DNA from: Escherichia coli | Lineage (GTDB): Bacteria; Pseudomonadota; Gammaproteobacteria; Enterobacterales; Enterobacteriaceae | Direction: 5' to 3' (one strand) | DNA length: 64,000 nucleotides | NCBI GenBank assembly: GCA_902500055.1 | Contig: GCA_902500055.1_4131.1 | Shown here: positions 54,668 to 63,814 of the stretch, in pieces | How positions within the stretch are numbered: position 1 is the first letter of the stretch | Layout of the letters: every line of letters begins with the position of its first letter | Program-made: the position numbers and the translations under genes | The notes under the pieces: generated by a model | The model's input: the letters and a program-made list of their open reading frames with translations, nothing else | Database searches by the model: none | What the model was told of the DNA's origin: nothing

Positions 54668-55061
54668 TATATTTATCTTTATAAAAATCCATGATTTTAG
54701 TCAACAGTACTGCAATCGTATAATCTAAATCAGGATAAAGTAAATTGTACTGAAATTCTTCCTCAACACTATAGTTAGTGGTACAGTACTGGTAATCTTT
54801 ATAACCTATTGAAAAATAATTCGGATACAATGTACAACGAAAGCGATAAGCTTCATCTGTCATATAATCATTGTATTCAACACAGAAGTATAGTGATTTT
54901 GAATTTAATTCGATAAGCTCCACGAAACCATCTGGTAATGAATGATTATAAATGGTATTATCATTATTAAACCATTCATAATATTTTTCTAAAAAATCAC
55001 TAATAGATACATCAAGACTTTGTATAGGTGGAGTTATGATAATTTGAACTTCGTTATTCAT
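54657..55061 (-). CDS. F-Q-x-S motif family protein (divergent)
   Basis: Motif SVEEEFQYNLLYPDLDYT. Confidence 0.7.
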   Translation of the reverse strand: MNNEVQIIITPPIQSLDVSISDFLEKYYEWFNNDNTIYNHSLPDGFVELIELNSKSLYFCVEYNDYMTDEAYRFRCTLYPNYFSIGYKDYQYCTTNYSVEEEFQYNLLYPDLDYTIAVLLTKIMDFYKDKYNAA

Positions 55062-55546
55062 TTTCTCCCCTTATTATATTTTACATATGGGTTATCATAA
55101 AGATCATAACTTTTCTGAGCACGTTCTTTTTTGCGTTCATACATAATTCTATCATACTCCTTCGCTTTCCCATTTGCTTCATTATACAGTTTTAAAATTA
55201 GCAAAAATGTATCAAGGTCAGGGTAGTTTGCTGGATTGATAGTACTTAACATAAATCGTTCTTCTTCAGTTCTAGCAACATCAAACTCATACTTAATAGT
55301 TTTATACCCACTCCATTTATATGTGTGTATTACTTTGTTAGTAAGTACATTATATTCAACGAAATCAGTACTACCATCAAGTACACGAGTAATCTTAATA
55401 GATGTACCAATGACAATCTGTACAGAACTCATTTCTGAAGTTTTAAAGTAATAAATGTTATTACGGCGAAGATTAACTTCTCGATCTCCAATGCGAACAT
55501 GCTTAATAACTTCCATTAATGGTTCTGGTACACCACGAATTGGCAT
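55058..55546 (-). CDS. F-Q-x-S motif family protein (divergent)
   Basis: Motif TEEERFMLSTINP. The start was moved to MPIRGVPE (GGAG SD). Confidence 0.7.
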   Translation of the reverse strand: MPIRGVPEPLMEVIKHVRIGDREVNLRRNNIYYFKTSEMSSVQIVIGTSIKITRVLDGSTDFVEYNVLTNKVIHTYKWSGYKTIKYEFDVARTEEERFMLSTINPANYPDLDTFLLILKLYNEANGKAKEYDRIMYERKKERAQKSYDLYDNPYVKYNKGRK

Positions 55547-55547
55547 G

Positions 55548-55766
55548 TTAATGCTCCTTTTTAATTCTATACATTTTAACAGCACTGGTTTCCCAAAAGT
55601 CACCATCTAAGTTGCTGAATTTATATATAGTTTCGAGATTTTCACCATCAAACGAAAACAACACAACATCTTCTTGTACAGTGCCGTTATGTAACATGAT
55701 ATCATAAACTTCATTTCTTACAAATAATTCTTTGGCCTTAGAAATATCAAAATCAATAAATTTCAT
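55548..55766 (-). CDS. Hypothetical protein
   Basis: The start was moved to MKFIDFD (GGAGG SD). Confidence 0.65.
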   Translation of the reverse strand: MKFIDFDISKAKELFVRNEVYDIMLHNGTVQEDVVLFSFDGENLETIYKFSNLDGDFWETSAVKMYRIKKEH

Positions 55767-55814
55767 ATATCCTCCTATTATCATTATTTGTATTATATCA
55801 GAGTTTCATTGCAT

Positions 55815-56207
55815 CTACCAGCATGTTTTCATAACTTCTGTGATGTGATTCATTTTATCTTTAAGTACGTAAGGGATGCAAATTTCACCTGGGCTTAACG
55901 TTGTGTTCTTTTGAAACTCATCTTCTTCGGAATCAGCCAGGTAAAATGGGTGTGTCACAAAGGTATCATCAACTGGACGATTATGTGGTTTCATTAATGC
56001 ATCATGATTGACAAAATAATAAGCATCAATATCAGGACGGAAATACAAACAATCAACCTTAATGCACGGGTGTAACCATAAGGACAAAGAATATGTTATT
56101 TGGTTACCAATTTGTCTTGGGCCTGATGCAATTGTATTGATGTTATTTTTATCTTGTACCATTTCATAAATGAAATCTATCATTTCGTGTAGTTCTGATT
56201 CAGTCAT
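55815..56207 (-). CDS. F-Q-x-S motif family protein (divergent)
   Basis: Motif SEEDEFQKNTTLSP. Confidence 0.7.
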   Translation of the reverse strand: MTESELHEMIDFIYEMVQDKNNINTIASGPRQIGNQITYSLSLWLHPCIKVDCLYFRPDIDAYYFVNHDALMKPHNRPVDDTFVTHPFYLADSEEDEFQKNTTLSPGEICIPYVLKDKMNHITEVMKTCW

Positions 56208-56224
56208 TTTATTTCCTTAAAAAA

Positions 56225-56247
56225 ATACCCAGTACTTGACTGGGTAT
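56225..56247 (-). terminator. Rho-independent terminator
   Basis: ATACCCAGT-caagt-ACTGGGTAT followed by TTTTTTT on the minus sense. Confidence 0.75.
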
Positions 56248-56261
56248 TTACAAAGTAACGT

Positions 56262-56411
56262 TTAATCAGATTTATTTTCGTAATCTGTAAAAACAGTCAG
56301 GATTGTTGCACATAGTGAATCAACTACTGATGCACGTGTGTTATCAAGGTCTTTAGCTAGTGCTTGAATCTCTTGAAGTTTTACTACTAAGTCGATTTTT
56401 TGATTACTCAT
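56262..56411 (-). CDS. 49-aa hypothetical protein (below the track cutoff)
   Basis: My own translation is MSNQKIDLVVKLQEIQALAKDLDNTRASVVDSLCATILTVFTDYENKSD. A GGAG SD lies 5 nt upstream and a terminator follows. Confidence 0.6.
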   Translation of the reverse strand: MSNQKIDLVVKLQEIQALAKDLDNTRASVVDSLCATILTVFTDYENKSD

Positions 56412-56433
56412 TACTTCTCCTATTGGATGTTTT

Positions 56434-56724
56434 TTAGATATTAATTTTTATACCACTAAGGTCTAGAACTTTTTTATTAGATACTGTTTCTGATTCTAAT
56501 TTAGTTTCTTTTACCTCAGTGTTAATATTTACGTCATCTTTGAGAATATCAGGGATAATACCATGTTGAATATCATCGTACATAGAAACAACGGTTTCGG
56601 CACAAGATAACATTTCACGAACTTTGTACTGATAACCCTGTGGTAACTCATTGATGATTTCCATAATATCTAATAATTTAGTTTGGACATCAATAAGAAT
56701 TTTTCTTGATTTTTCTGGTTCCAT
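56434..56724 (-). CDS. Hypothetical protein
   Basis: Intact 96-aa ORF in the tiling. Confidence 0.7.
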   Translation of the reverse strand: MEPEKSRKILIDVQTKLLDIMEIINELPQGYQYKVREMLSCAETVVSMYDDIQHGIIPDILKDDVNINTEVKETKLESETVSNKKVLDLSGIKINI

Positions 56725-57230
56725 TACTCCAACTCCACAACATTACTTTTTTTGGATTTAATCACTGATGGTGGCTCATTAACGCTTGTTTGACCACGAA
56801 GTGATTTTTCCAACGCAATGATGCGTTTTAAAGTTTTTATTGATGGTCGCTTCTTCGTCAACTCAGCTTTTGCTTCTGAATAATATTTTCTTACATATCC
56901 ATAGGCATAATATTTTGAACCAATGAAAATTTCAGCAACTACTGGATTTGAGTATTGTGTATCAATCCCATTCTGTTCTGTCTCTACAGTGTAAAATGAA
57001 ATATTTGTATCACATGCTGAAATTTTAGCCACCAAAAGATTTGCATCGAACTTATCTAAAATTAGAGAAATTGTTTTTTCGGCATCAGCACTATATGGCA
57101 TAGCAGACATTAAAAGTTGGAATGTCTTAAAGTACTTACTTCCACTAATCATGGTATTGAAAATCAATCCAATGGTGATTAATGCAAGTGTACCAATACA
57201 CACAAACAAAAACCAATATTCAACACTCAT
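56724..57230 (-). CDS. N-terminally anchored membrane protein
   Basis: Hydrophobic start MSVEYWFLFVCIGTLALITIGLIF. Confidence 0.7.
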   Translation of the reverse strand: MSVEYWFLFVCIGTLALITIGLIFNTMISGSKYFKTFQLLMSAMPYSADAEKTISLILDKFDANLLVAKISACDTNISFYTVETEQNGIDTQYSNPVVAEIFIGSKYYAYGYVRKYYSEAKAELTKKRPSIKTLKRIIALEKSLRGQTSVNEPPSVIKSKKSNVVELE

Positions 57231-57262
57231 TTATAAATCCTCTTACTTTATATGATTAAAAT

Positions 57263-57284
57263 GCCCCATCAAAAATGATGAGGC
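57263..57284 (-). terminator. Rho-independent terminator
   Basis: The minus sense reads GCCTCATCA-tttt-TGATGGGGC followed by ATTTTAAT. Confidence 0.65.
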
Positions 57285-57295
57285 GGTAAGATAAA

Positions 57296-57505
57296 TTACT
57301 TACGATTTGCTTTACGCAGTTCAGATAGTTCTTCTTGAAGACTTTTCTTCCATGCAATCAAGTGAGCAAAACGGATTGGCCTTGCACCAGTACCGTGGAA
57401 TACTGCTAGAGCTTCTTCTGCTTGATGAATCTGGAATTGAATATAGTTCACAGTGCGGTCGAAGTCGGTGATATCTAGTACTTGTGCGTTAGTTTCTTTA
57501 GCCAT
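57296..57505 (-). CDS. Hypothetical protein
   Basis: Intact 69-aa ORF in the tiling. Confidence 0.65.
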   Translation of the reverse strand: MAKETNAQVLDITDFDRTVNYIQFQIHQAEEALAVFHGTGARPIRFAHLIAWKKSLQEELSELRKANRK

Positions 57506-57588
57506 TTTAATACCCTTTTATTTCTTTTTTATGAAAAACCCTCATCATTGAGGAATGGTTTGCATTTTAATATCTGCCGATAACAAAC

Positions 57589-57616
57589 ATTATATCACAA
57601 TATCTGTTCTTGTCCA
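57589..57616 (-). promoter_or_regulatory. Sigma-70 promoter TGGACA-N16-TATAAT (extended -10 TGa)
   Basis: The reverse complement reads TGGACAagaacagatattgtgaTATAAT. Confidence 0.7.
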
Positions 57617-57620
57617 ATTT

Positions 57621-57917
57621 TTAATTATTAGAAAGAACAATTTTTGAAACTGGTAAATCTGTATTATTTACACGTTGTTCATTATATCCATTCTGTACAA
57701 GAATGTCAATAACTTTAGACTTATCAATTGTAAATGATTCTAACATATCATATCGGTAATAACCAATAGTCTGACTGAACTCATATTTTCCTGGCTGTTG
57801 ACGACAACACGTATTTGTTTCAGCCATAATCTTATTGATTAGGTAATATGTTTCAGTACTATCAATATTTGGAATATAGATCTTATCATCAAAATGAATT
57901 ACTTCATGTTTATTCAT
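57621..57917 (-). CDS. Hypothetical protein
   Basis: The start was moved to MNKHEVIHFDD, overlapping the upstream stop. Confidence 0.65.
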   Translation of the reverse strand: MNKHEVIHFDDKIYIPNIDSTETYYLINKIMAETNTCCRQQPGKYEFSQTIGYYRYDMLESFTIDKSKVIDILVQNGYNEQRVNNTDLPVSKIVLSNN

Positions 57918-58179
57918 AGAGTGATTCAATCTCCGCTTTAAGAATGGAAATAATCTCTTTCTGAAGGCCAGTAATTTCACTGTTCAAAGATGATAGTCGC
58001 TTCGATAATGCCATGAATTGCTTTGCATCTTCTTTAGAACGGTCATTTCGTACTTTATCAGAACTCCAGTTAGCATATGATTGCTCATCTTTCCTGTTAA
58101 GGATATCCCAGTCTAAACGTACTAGTTTACGTTCTTTCTTCAGTTCGCTTAAGCGAGATTTCATTTCTTCTTTAGTCAT
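57910..58179 (-). CDS. Hypothetical coiled-coil-like protein
   Basis: Intact 89-aa ORF rich in Lys, Glu and Leu. Confidence 0.65.
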   Translation of the reverse strand: MTKEEMKSRLSELKKERKLVRLDWDILNRKDEQSYANWSSDKVRNDRSKEDAKQFMALSKRLSSLNSEITGLQKEIISILKAEIESLYE

Positions 58180-58469
58180 TAAATTGTTCCTTTCATGAAG
58201 TCTGGAATAACGATTACGATAGGAGGATTATACTCTACATAACCATTTTTTGTCAATAGACTTTTAATATCTGAAATCACATTATCATGCTGTTCAATAT
58301 CTTTATCACAAAAGATTTCCAATTCTTTCTGAAACGGTTTTTTAACCGAGATGTTTTGAGTCAGTGTTTGGATTCTCTGTAACATATCAATTGGATCTGG
58401 ACTGAACTCATTACCAACATAAAGAGTACCAGATGCATCTTTTTCTAGCAAGACTTCTAAAATTTTCAT
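58179..58469 (-). CDS. Hypothetical protein
   Basis: Intact 96-aa ORF in the tiling. Confidence 0.65.
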   Translation of the reverse strand: MKILEVLLEKDASGTLYVGNEFSPDPIDMLQRIQTLTQNISVKKPFQKELEIFCDKDIEQHDNVISDIKSLLTKNGYVEYNPPIVIVIPDFMKGTI

Positions 58470-59302
58470 TTCTTATCCTTCAATTTACTAAAGTTTTCTC
58501 GTGTAAATCCAGGAACTGGAAAATATACATCACAGTCAACATCAGGATTAATAATTACCATGTCATTACATATTATATCACGAATTTTACTACCGTCCAC
58601 GATTTTTTGCATTAAATCATTCCATTTTTTACGAGAAACAACGAATGTACTAATTATACATAAATCATGTCCACGTTTTGAAATATATCCTAATACTTCA
58701 TTATCGTAAACAACACGTATGGTAACTTTTCCAATTGTTACCCCTCTTACTGGATTAATACTAGTATCTTCAAAAATTAATTCTAATTTAAGTTTACCAT
58801 TTGAAATAAGTGATGAAGTATATTTAGAAACCATTTTATCAATTTCTTGAGTCAAATCATCTCTACCTAGATATTCAAATACAGAATAAGTTAATTCGTC
58901 TGCACCTAACTGTTGGATAGTTGGAAGCTGGGCAACCATATCTAAAGATACAGGTTCGATATATATTCTTTCAATATCAGACGATTGTATAAATAGACAA
59001 CCATCAGGTGTCGTATCTCTAACAATTTCGGCATAATATGTATAAAGATAAAAAACATTAGACTCTGATGAGTCAGTTTCTACCCAAATCTCAGATTGTT
59101 TCATTTCATCTTTATGAAGAATTCGTTGAGTAAATCCTATGTAAAAACCAAGATATAAATCATCATCAGTTTCAAACGGATTAAACATCAAATACGGATA
59201 TTTGTCAAGGTACTCATTGAACTTACGCTGCACATCTCTATCACAATCCATGATATACTTTCGGAATTCAGAAATGATTATTTTTTCTAATGACATAATC
59301 AA
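58466..59302 (-). CDS. Hypothetical protein
   Basis: Intact 278-aa ORF in the tiling. Confidence 0.75.
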   Translation of the reverse strand: MIMSLEKIIISEFRKYIMDCDRDVQRKFNEYLDKYPYLMFNPFETDDDLYLGFYIGFTQRILHKDEMKQSEIWVETDSSESNVFYLYTYYAEIVRDTTPDGCLFIQSSDIERIYIEPVSLDMVAQLPTIQQLGADELTYSVFEYLGRDDLTQEIDKMVSKYTSSLISNGKLKLELIFEDTSINPVRGVTIGKVTIRVVYDNEVLGYISKRGHDLCIISTFVVSRKKWNDLMQKIVDGSKIRDIICNDMVIINPDVDCDVYFPVPGFTRENFSKLKDKK

Positions 59303-59496
59303 TCCTCAAGATGCATGTAGTACATAAACATCGCCAACCATATAAAAAAGCCGAAACAACGAAGTAAAATATCAATTGTTGGATCTGTCCCACCATTAAC
59401 TTGGTAAACGATTACTGGGATTAAAGCAATAGTAAGAGACACAGCACATAAGATGAATGCAACAAACACCTCAAACATAAACTTAATCGTTTCCAT
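59299..59496 (-). CDS. Small 2-TM membrane protein
   Basis: 65 aa with two hydrophobic segments. Confidence 0.6.
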   Translation of the reverse strand: METIKFMFEVFVAFILCAVSLTIALIPVIVYQVNGGTDPTIDILLRCFGFFIWLAMFMYYMHLED

Positions 59497-60055
59497 TATT
59501 ATCCTTCAGTGTGTAGTGTAGTACATCTAAAAAGTTATACATTGATTCATTACGCATAACCTTGATTGTTAAATTACGACAACCCAACATACGTTTGAGG
59601 CGACGCTTCACCGCAGTTAAATCATGTGTACTATTCGTATACAGACCATTAACCTGACCTGGAACAGTTGGCACATGAAGAATGTAATCATAATTCATTA
59701 GTAAGCGTTGATTATATTTCTTTAATGCTTGCTTGTATTCTGAAATATTTTCAAAGAATGTACAATAACGGTCGTAACGATTCATTTTATTCAAAATTGA
59801 AATACGAAAAGCGTTACCACTATTCCAATCATCTTCAGTTGGGTTTGGGTTGATATGTGCCATGTTAGCTGTACTGTACCCACCACTTGTGAAAACTTCA
59901 GAATATCCATTCTCAAAAACATACAATGTTGCTTTGTGGCCTCTGAATTCTTTACGGTACTTTGACAGTACTTGGATGTGATTACGCTTGGACTTGTACA
60001 TTTCGTAACCTTCATAATCTGAACTGAATTCACAAATTTTATCAACACCAGCCAT
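59483..60055 (-). CDS. Hypothetical protein
   Basis: Intact 190-aa ORF. The overlapping ORF 59791..60096 was rejected. Confidence 0.75.
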   Translation of the reverse strand: MAGVDKICEFSSDYEGYEMYKSKRNHIQVLSKYRKEFRGHKATLYVFENGYSEVFTSGGYSTANMAHINPNPTEDDWNSGNAFRISILNKMNRYDRYCTFFENISEYKQALKKYNQRLLMNYDYILHVPTVPGQVNGLYTNSTHDLTAVKRRLKRMLGCRNLTIKVMRNESMYNFLDVLHYTLKDNNGND

Positions 60056-60087
60056 TTCGTATATCCTCGTTTAATTAATATAGGAGT

Positions 60088-60116
60088 ATTATACATACTC
60101 CATTTTCATGTGTCAA
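60088..60116 (-). promoter_or_regulatory. Consensus sigma-70 promoter TTGACA-N17-TATAAT
   Basis: The reverse complement reads TTGACAcatgaaaatggagtatgTATAAT. Confidence 0.75.
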
Positions 60117-60256
60117 GCTTTATAATACGGAAGACTTTTTACTAAAGATTCAGACGTATTATTTTTTACCCATGTACTACCGTTGTCATTAGATACGTAT
60201 CCAGTACCATTAATAAATTTACGCATAATACCAGTAAAAATGTTAGTGTATACCAT
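60113..60256 (-). CDS. 47-aa hypothetical protein (below the track cutoff)
   Basis: My own translation is MVYTNIFTGIMRKFINGTGYVSNDNGSTWVKNNTSESLVKSLPYYKA. TAATG overlap with the upstream gene. Confidence 0.45.
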   Translation of the reverse strand: MVYTNIFTGIMRKFINGTGYVSNDNGSTWVKNNTSESLVKSLPYYKA

Positions 60257-60426
60257 TATTCAGTATCCTTCGGTTTAGAATGCAAACCATACTTTTCATC
60301 ATAACGATCATAGGTAGTGCCATTAGTACTGGCTTTGATGCTTTCTGTTCGATTGATTTTTTCAATCTTAACACCACGATAACCAATCTCTTCTTTAAAT
60401 TGTTCCCATGATTCACGTAGACTCAT
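60256..60426 (-). CDS. Hypothetical 56-aa protein
   Basis: The start was moved to MSLRESWEQ (GGGGC SD-like). Confidence 0.55.
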   Translation of the reverse strand: MSLRESWEQFKEEIGYRGVKIEKINRTESIKASTNGTTYDRYDEKYGLHSKPKDTE

Positions 60427-60440
60427 TTTAGCCCCTTTTG

Positions 60441-60584
60441 TTATTTCATACACTCACGTAGGTCAATCTTTTCAACTGAACCACCGAGTACTAGATAGTG
60501 AAAATTAGAATCTTTGTTTGCCATATTCAAAAGATCTGCTTTCTGTTGAAGCGTAAAGCGTGAAGTACTGTTACGTACTGGCAT
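60441..60584 (-). CDS. 47-aa hypothetical protein (below the track cutoff)
   Basis: My own translation is MPVRNSTSRFTLQQKADLLNMANKDSNFHYLVLGGSVEKIDLRECMK. A GGAG SD lies 5 nt upstream. Confidence 0.5.
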   Translation of the reverse strand: MPVRNSTSRFTLQQKADLLNMANKDSNFHYLVLGGSVEKIDLRECMK

Positions 60585-60586
60585 AG

Positions 60587-61030
60587 TTACTCCTTAAAGT
60601 AGATATCACGAATTTGCTTAATCATCTCTAACTCTTGAAGTCCTATCATACCAAAGTTTTCTTGTACTGTCAACTGTTGGAAGTACATTTCCTCTAAATT
60701 ATCATAAGGAATATCCACTAATGATAAAGGAACACGTTCACCACGGTATAGCAGATCTTCAACTAAAAGTTTTAAAATCATGATAGAAAATGAATCTTTT
60801 TGGATATGAAATTTGTAAAATGTCTGGTTAGTACTGAACATTGTATTTGATGGATTGAAACCCATTTCAACAAATACTGTATCTTTATCATTATGTGTGA
60901 CATATGTACATCTTGAATTCGCAAGAACTTTAGATTTTGGGAAATAAAAATCACCCATCAACTTCTGTCGTTTCCAATCCTCGTATACAACTGGATGCTT
61001 AACCTTCTTCAATTGGTGCAGTACTGTCAT
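60587..61030 (-). CDS. F-Q-x-S motif family protein
   Basis: Motif LEEMYFQQLTVQENFGMIGLQELEMI. Confidence 0.7.
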   Translation of the reverse strand: MTVLHQLKKVKHPVVYEDWKRQKLMGDFYFPKSKVLANSRCTYVTHNDKDTVFVEMGFNPSNTMFSTNQTFYKFHIQKDSFSIMILKLLVEDLLYRGERVPLSLVDIPYDNLEEMYFQQLTVQENFGMIGLQELEMIKQIRDIYFKE

Positions 61031-61410
61031 AGTTTTTTCCAGTCCAATGAATCGAAATCGATTTGCTCAGGATTATCAACAGCGACAACTCGTGCATTAT
61101 GAAGAGTTTCAAAGTAGCCGTTCCACGGTGTTCGTAATGGAACTGTCACATCGCCAACTTTAACCAAGAATGAATATTCTGGTGATATTGGGTCAAACCA
61201 CTCTTTTTGTTTAGCATTTTCAACGATAGTTTCGTGTTCTTTAGTATAGCAATTATCTTGCTTCATATAAAACACCCAATGCTCTTTTAGGCACTGTAAA
61301 GCAGCAACTGCTTCCTCTTTAGAAGACCATTGAATATCAATTGTATTAAGAACGTCATAACAATTTTCAGTGTCCCCTGTAGTGTAATGTACTTCAATGC
61401 TGTATTTCAT
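61027..61410 (-). CDS. Hypothetical protein
   Basis: Intact 127-aa ORF with an ATGA overlap. Confidence 0.7.
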   Translation of the reverse strand: MKYSIEVHYTTGDTENCYDVLNTIDIQWSSKEEAVAALQCLKEHWVFYMKQDNCYTKEHETIVENAKQKEWFDPISPEYSFLVKVGDVTVPLRTPWNGYFETLHNARVVAVDNPEQIDFDSLDWKKL

Positions 61411-61865
61411 TAATCATCGCCTTTTAGTAATTTACAAATTTCAATCATATGATAATAACATGTATTCCAAAATTGTCCATTAGTACTTCCAACATCATGC
61501 ACAGTACTTTGTTGGAAAACATATTCATCGTTGAACATCATTTTAATATCATCAATGTAAAATTCTGGTTTTGAATCATTATTGTATTCAATACTCGTTT
61601 CACCATCTGGATCAAGTGAAATTGATGATATGTCGTGAATTCCTCTCGGATTTGTTGGATAAATTCTCAACGTAAGAGGATAGAAGTCTGGATCGGTTTC
61701 ATAAGTATATTCGATTATGTAATAACCATCACCAGTAATTGATTGATATTTAAATGTAGTTTCAATTGAATTTGAGATGTTAAATCCCAGTTTCTTTATC
61801 TCATGTAGATGTGATAATATTTTATGTAAAGATCCTAAAACATGAATCAAATTATCAATTTTCAT
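61410..61865 (-). CDS. F-Q-x-S motif family protein
   Basis: Motif NDEYVFQQSTVHDVG. Confidence 0.7.
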   Translation of the reverse strand: MKIDNLIHVLGSLHKILSHLHEIKKLGFNISNSIETTFKYQSITGDGYYIIEYTYETDPDFYPLTLRIYPTNPRGIHDISSISLDPDGETSIEYNNDSKPEFYIDDIKMMFNDEYVFQQSTVHDVGSTNGQFWNTCYYHMIEICKLLKGDD

Positions 61866-62377
61866 TTACGATCCTTTGAAAAGTTCAGTTTAAAAGTTTT
61901 ACCAAATTCCATTGTAGCTTTACCCAGATTGTTAATATTTTCTTTCAACATTTCTTGCATCTTCCTAATACTTTCAATCCAGGCTTCTTCTTCGATACGA
62001 AGAATTGGTCGCAATCGTTCCTGAATATCGTTAAAACGTGTATTGAGTTCAACCAATGATTCATATGTGAAATCTTTCATATCGATAATAGTACTTCTTT
62101 GAAAGAATTCTTCTTCAGACAAATTACTTAAAATGATTTTATCACGACCAATAGATAATGTCAATTCATCATCTTTATTTTTTTTAATTACAATACTAAT
62201 AGGTGTTTTTAATGTAATGCAAATATCATGATTATTAAATGTTTCAGTTTGGTTTGACATTCTGAATTGAAGTTTCCCAGATAAAGCATGTACTGGTGAT
62301 GGTTGCTTTTTACCAGTAATAACATCTTCCCATGAATCGAGAATATTATTAATAATTTTAACATAAGGAATTGGCAT
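61862..62377 (-). CDS. F-Q-x-S motif family protein
   Basis: Motif SEEEFFQRSTIIDMKDFTYESL. The start is probably MPIPYVK (AGGTG SD). Confidence 0.7.
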   Translation of the reverse strand: MPIPYVKIINNILDSWEDVITGKKQPSPVHALSGKLQFRMSNQTETFNNHDICITLKTPISIVIKKNKDDELTLSIGRDKIILSNLSEEEFFQRSTIIDMKDFTYESLVELNTRFNDIQERLRPILRIEEEAWIESIRKMQEMLKENINNLGKATMEFGKTFKLNFSKDRK

Positions 62378-62419
62378 ATATGCACCTATGAAAAATCCAC
62401 GCATTGCGTGGATTTGTAA

Positions 62420-62950
62420 TTATTCAAGTATAGTAATTTCAATTAAACGAATTTCGATAAACTCGTTTTCAGTTTCCCATGACGTGCCAAATTTCTTTTC
62501 AAGTTCAGATTTCACATCACTTTTAAATTTTCCCATAGTATTAGGAATAATTTGTTTGGTTAATTTGTCGTAACCACAATAAAACATAGGTTTCTCCCTT
62601 CGAGATATTAGCTGAACAAAATCTTTTGGATATGCAGGTATGTTATGCATCACTTCATGAATACACTCAGTACTTGAATCTTGTACTTTGTACATTACAT
62701 TAAGTTTACCTCTGAAATTTGCGGTCATATCAACAATAGTTCCTTTACCCGATTTAAGTAAAGTTCCATTCTTTGAATGAGAGCAATAAAATACCTCATC
62801 ACCAATATTAGGATAATACAAATTAAATTCTAATTCAGATTTTACAGCCAGACGTTTGAAACTTTCTGCACGTTTTATATAAGTTTGGTGTTTGTTTATG
62901 TTCAAAAGAATATATCTCGTAGTAAGTGTGATATAACTGGCATAGTCCAT
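62420..62950 (-). CDS. Hypothetical protein
   Basis: Intact 176-aa ORF. Its first 49 nt overlap the methyltransferase 3' end. Confidence 0.65.
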   Translation of the reverse strand: MDYASYITLTTRYILLNINKHQTYIKRAESFKRLAVKSELEFNLYYPNIGDEVFYCSHSKNGTLLKSGKGTIVDMTANFRGKLNVMYKVQDSSTECIHEVMHNIPAYPKDFVQLISRREKPMFYCGYDKLTKQIIPNTMGKFKSDVKSELEKKFGTSWETENEFIEIRLIEITILE

Positions 62951-63762
62951 CCATTCCCAAGCATTTTGTATGCTTGTGTTGAACTACTAACTTTGAAGTA
63001 GTTTACATCAATTCCTTGCAACATGCAACACTCTTGTACTGTTAAATGACGATAGTCCACATTTCGCTTACCATGTTCAATAAGGAAATCCCTATCGATA
63101 TCAGGTTCTTTGAAAACAATTTGTCTTCTTGATTTATTAAAGTACTGGTTACAATCACCACCTTTAAAATAGTTAGCATCTATACAGTACGAAGCGGTTC
63201 TGTCAGTGTACCAACCATCTTCAATAATATCTTGAAGTTTAGGTGCATTGGATAATGCAGGTGGTATAAAAAGCTTATCAGTACTGTACCAGTAATATCT
63301 CTGCCTGAAGTGAGGCGTATAATGCTGGGAGTTTATCAGTACTGGTGCAACACCAATCTCTTTGTTGAATATATCCAATGATTCTTTTTTCATTTTAACA
63401 TTCTCAAACAAAAAATTCAAATTGGGATTTAAACTTTTTATGTGATTGAAAATGTCCATCATTGTGTAAAATAACATACTACGTGGATCTTGTAATCCTA
63501 ATTGTTTCCCAGCCGTTGATAGTCCTTGACATGGACTACCCCCGATAAGTAAATCAATTTTATCCCACTCAATATCCCATTCTCTCCATTTAGTTACATC
63601 ACCCAATTGGGTGATATCAGGAAAGTTAGCTTGGGATTCAGCTATTGCGTACTTGTCAATTTCGGATGAATAATATTTTTCAACAGGGATGCCAGCATCT
63701 TTTAATGCCATGTATCCCACACTCATCCCATTAAAAAGAGATAGTACTCGGATAGGTTTCAT
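62902..63762 (-). CDS. DNA (cytosine-5)-methyltransferase
   Basis: Motif I LFNGMSVG, motif IV GGSPCQGLS, motif VI FENVKM, motif VIII FRQRYYW, motif X LGNGWTMPV. Confidence 0.9.
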   Translation of the reverse strand: MKPIRVLSLFNGMSVGYMALKDAGIPVEKYYSSEIDKYAIAESQANFPDITQLGDVTKWREWDIEWDKIDLLIGGSPCQGLSTAGKQLGLQDPRSMLFYTMMDIFNHIKSLNPNLNFLFENVKMKKESLDIFNKEIGVAPVLINSQHYTPHFRQRYYWYSTDKLFIPPALSNAPKLQDIIEDGWYTDRTASYCIDANYFKGGDCNQYFNKSRRQIVFKEPDIDRDFLIEHGKRNVDYRHLTVQECCMLQGIDVNYFKVSSSTQAYKMLGNGWTMPVISHLLRDIFF

Positions 63763-63814
63763 ATAAAATCCTTTTTATATTGTTAAGGTACTATAATATA
63801 TTATAGCATCTTAT

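Noticed and set aside
59791-60096. A 101-aa minus-strand ORF overlapping the start of 59483..60055.
   Set aside because: It is an alternative frame of a longer ORF. The consensus promoter at 60088-60116 lies inside it, and its composition is poor.
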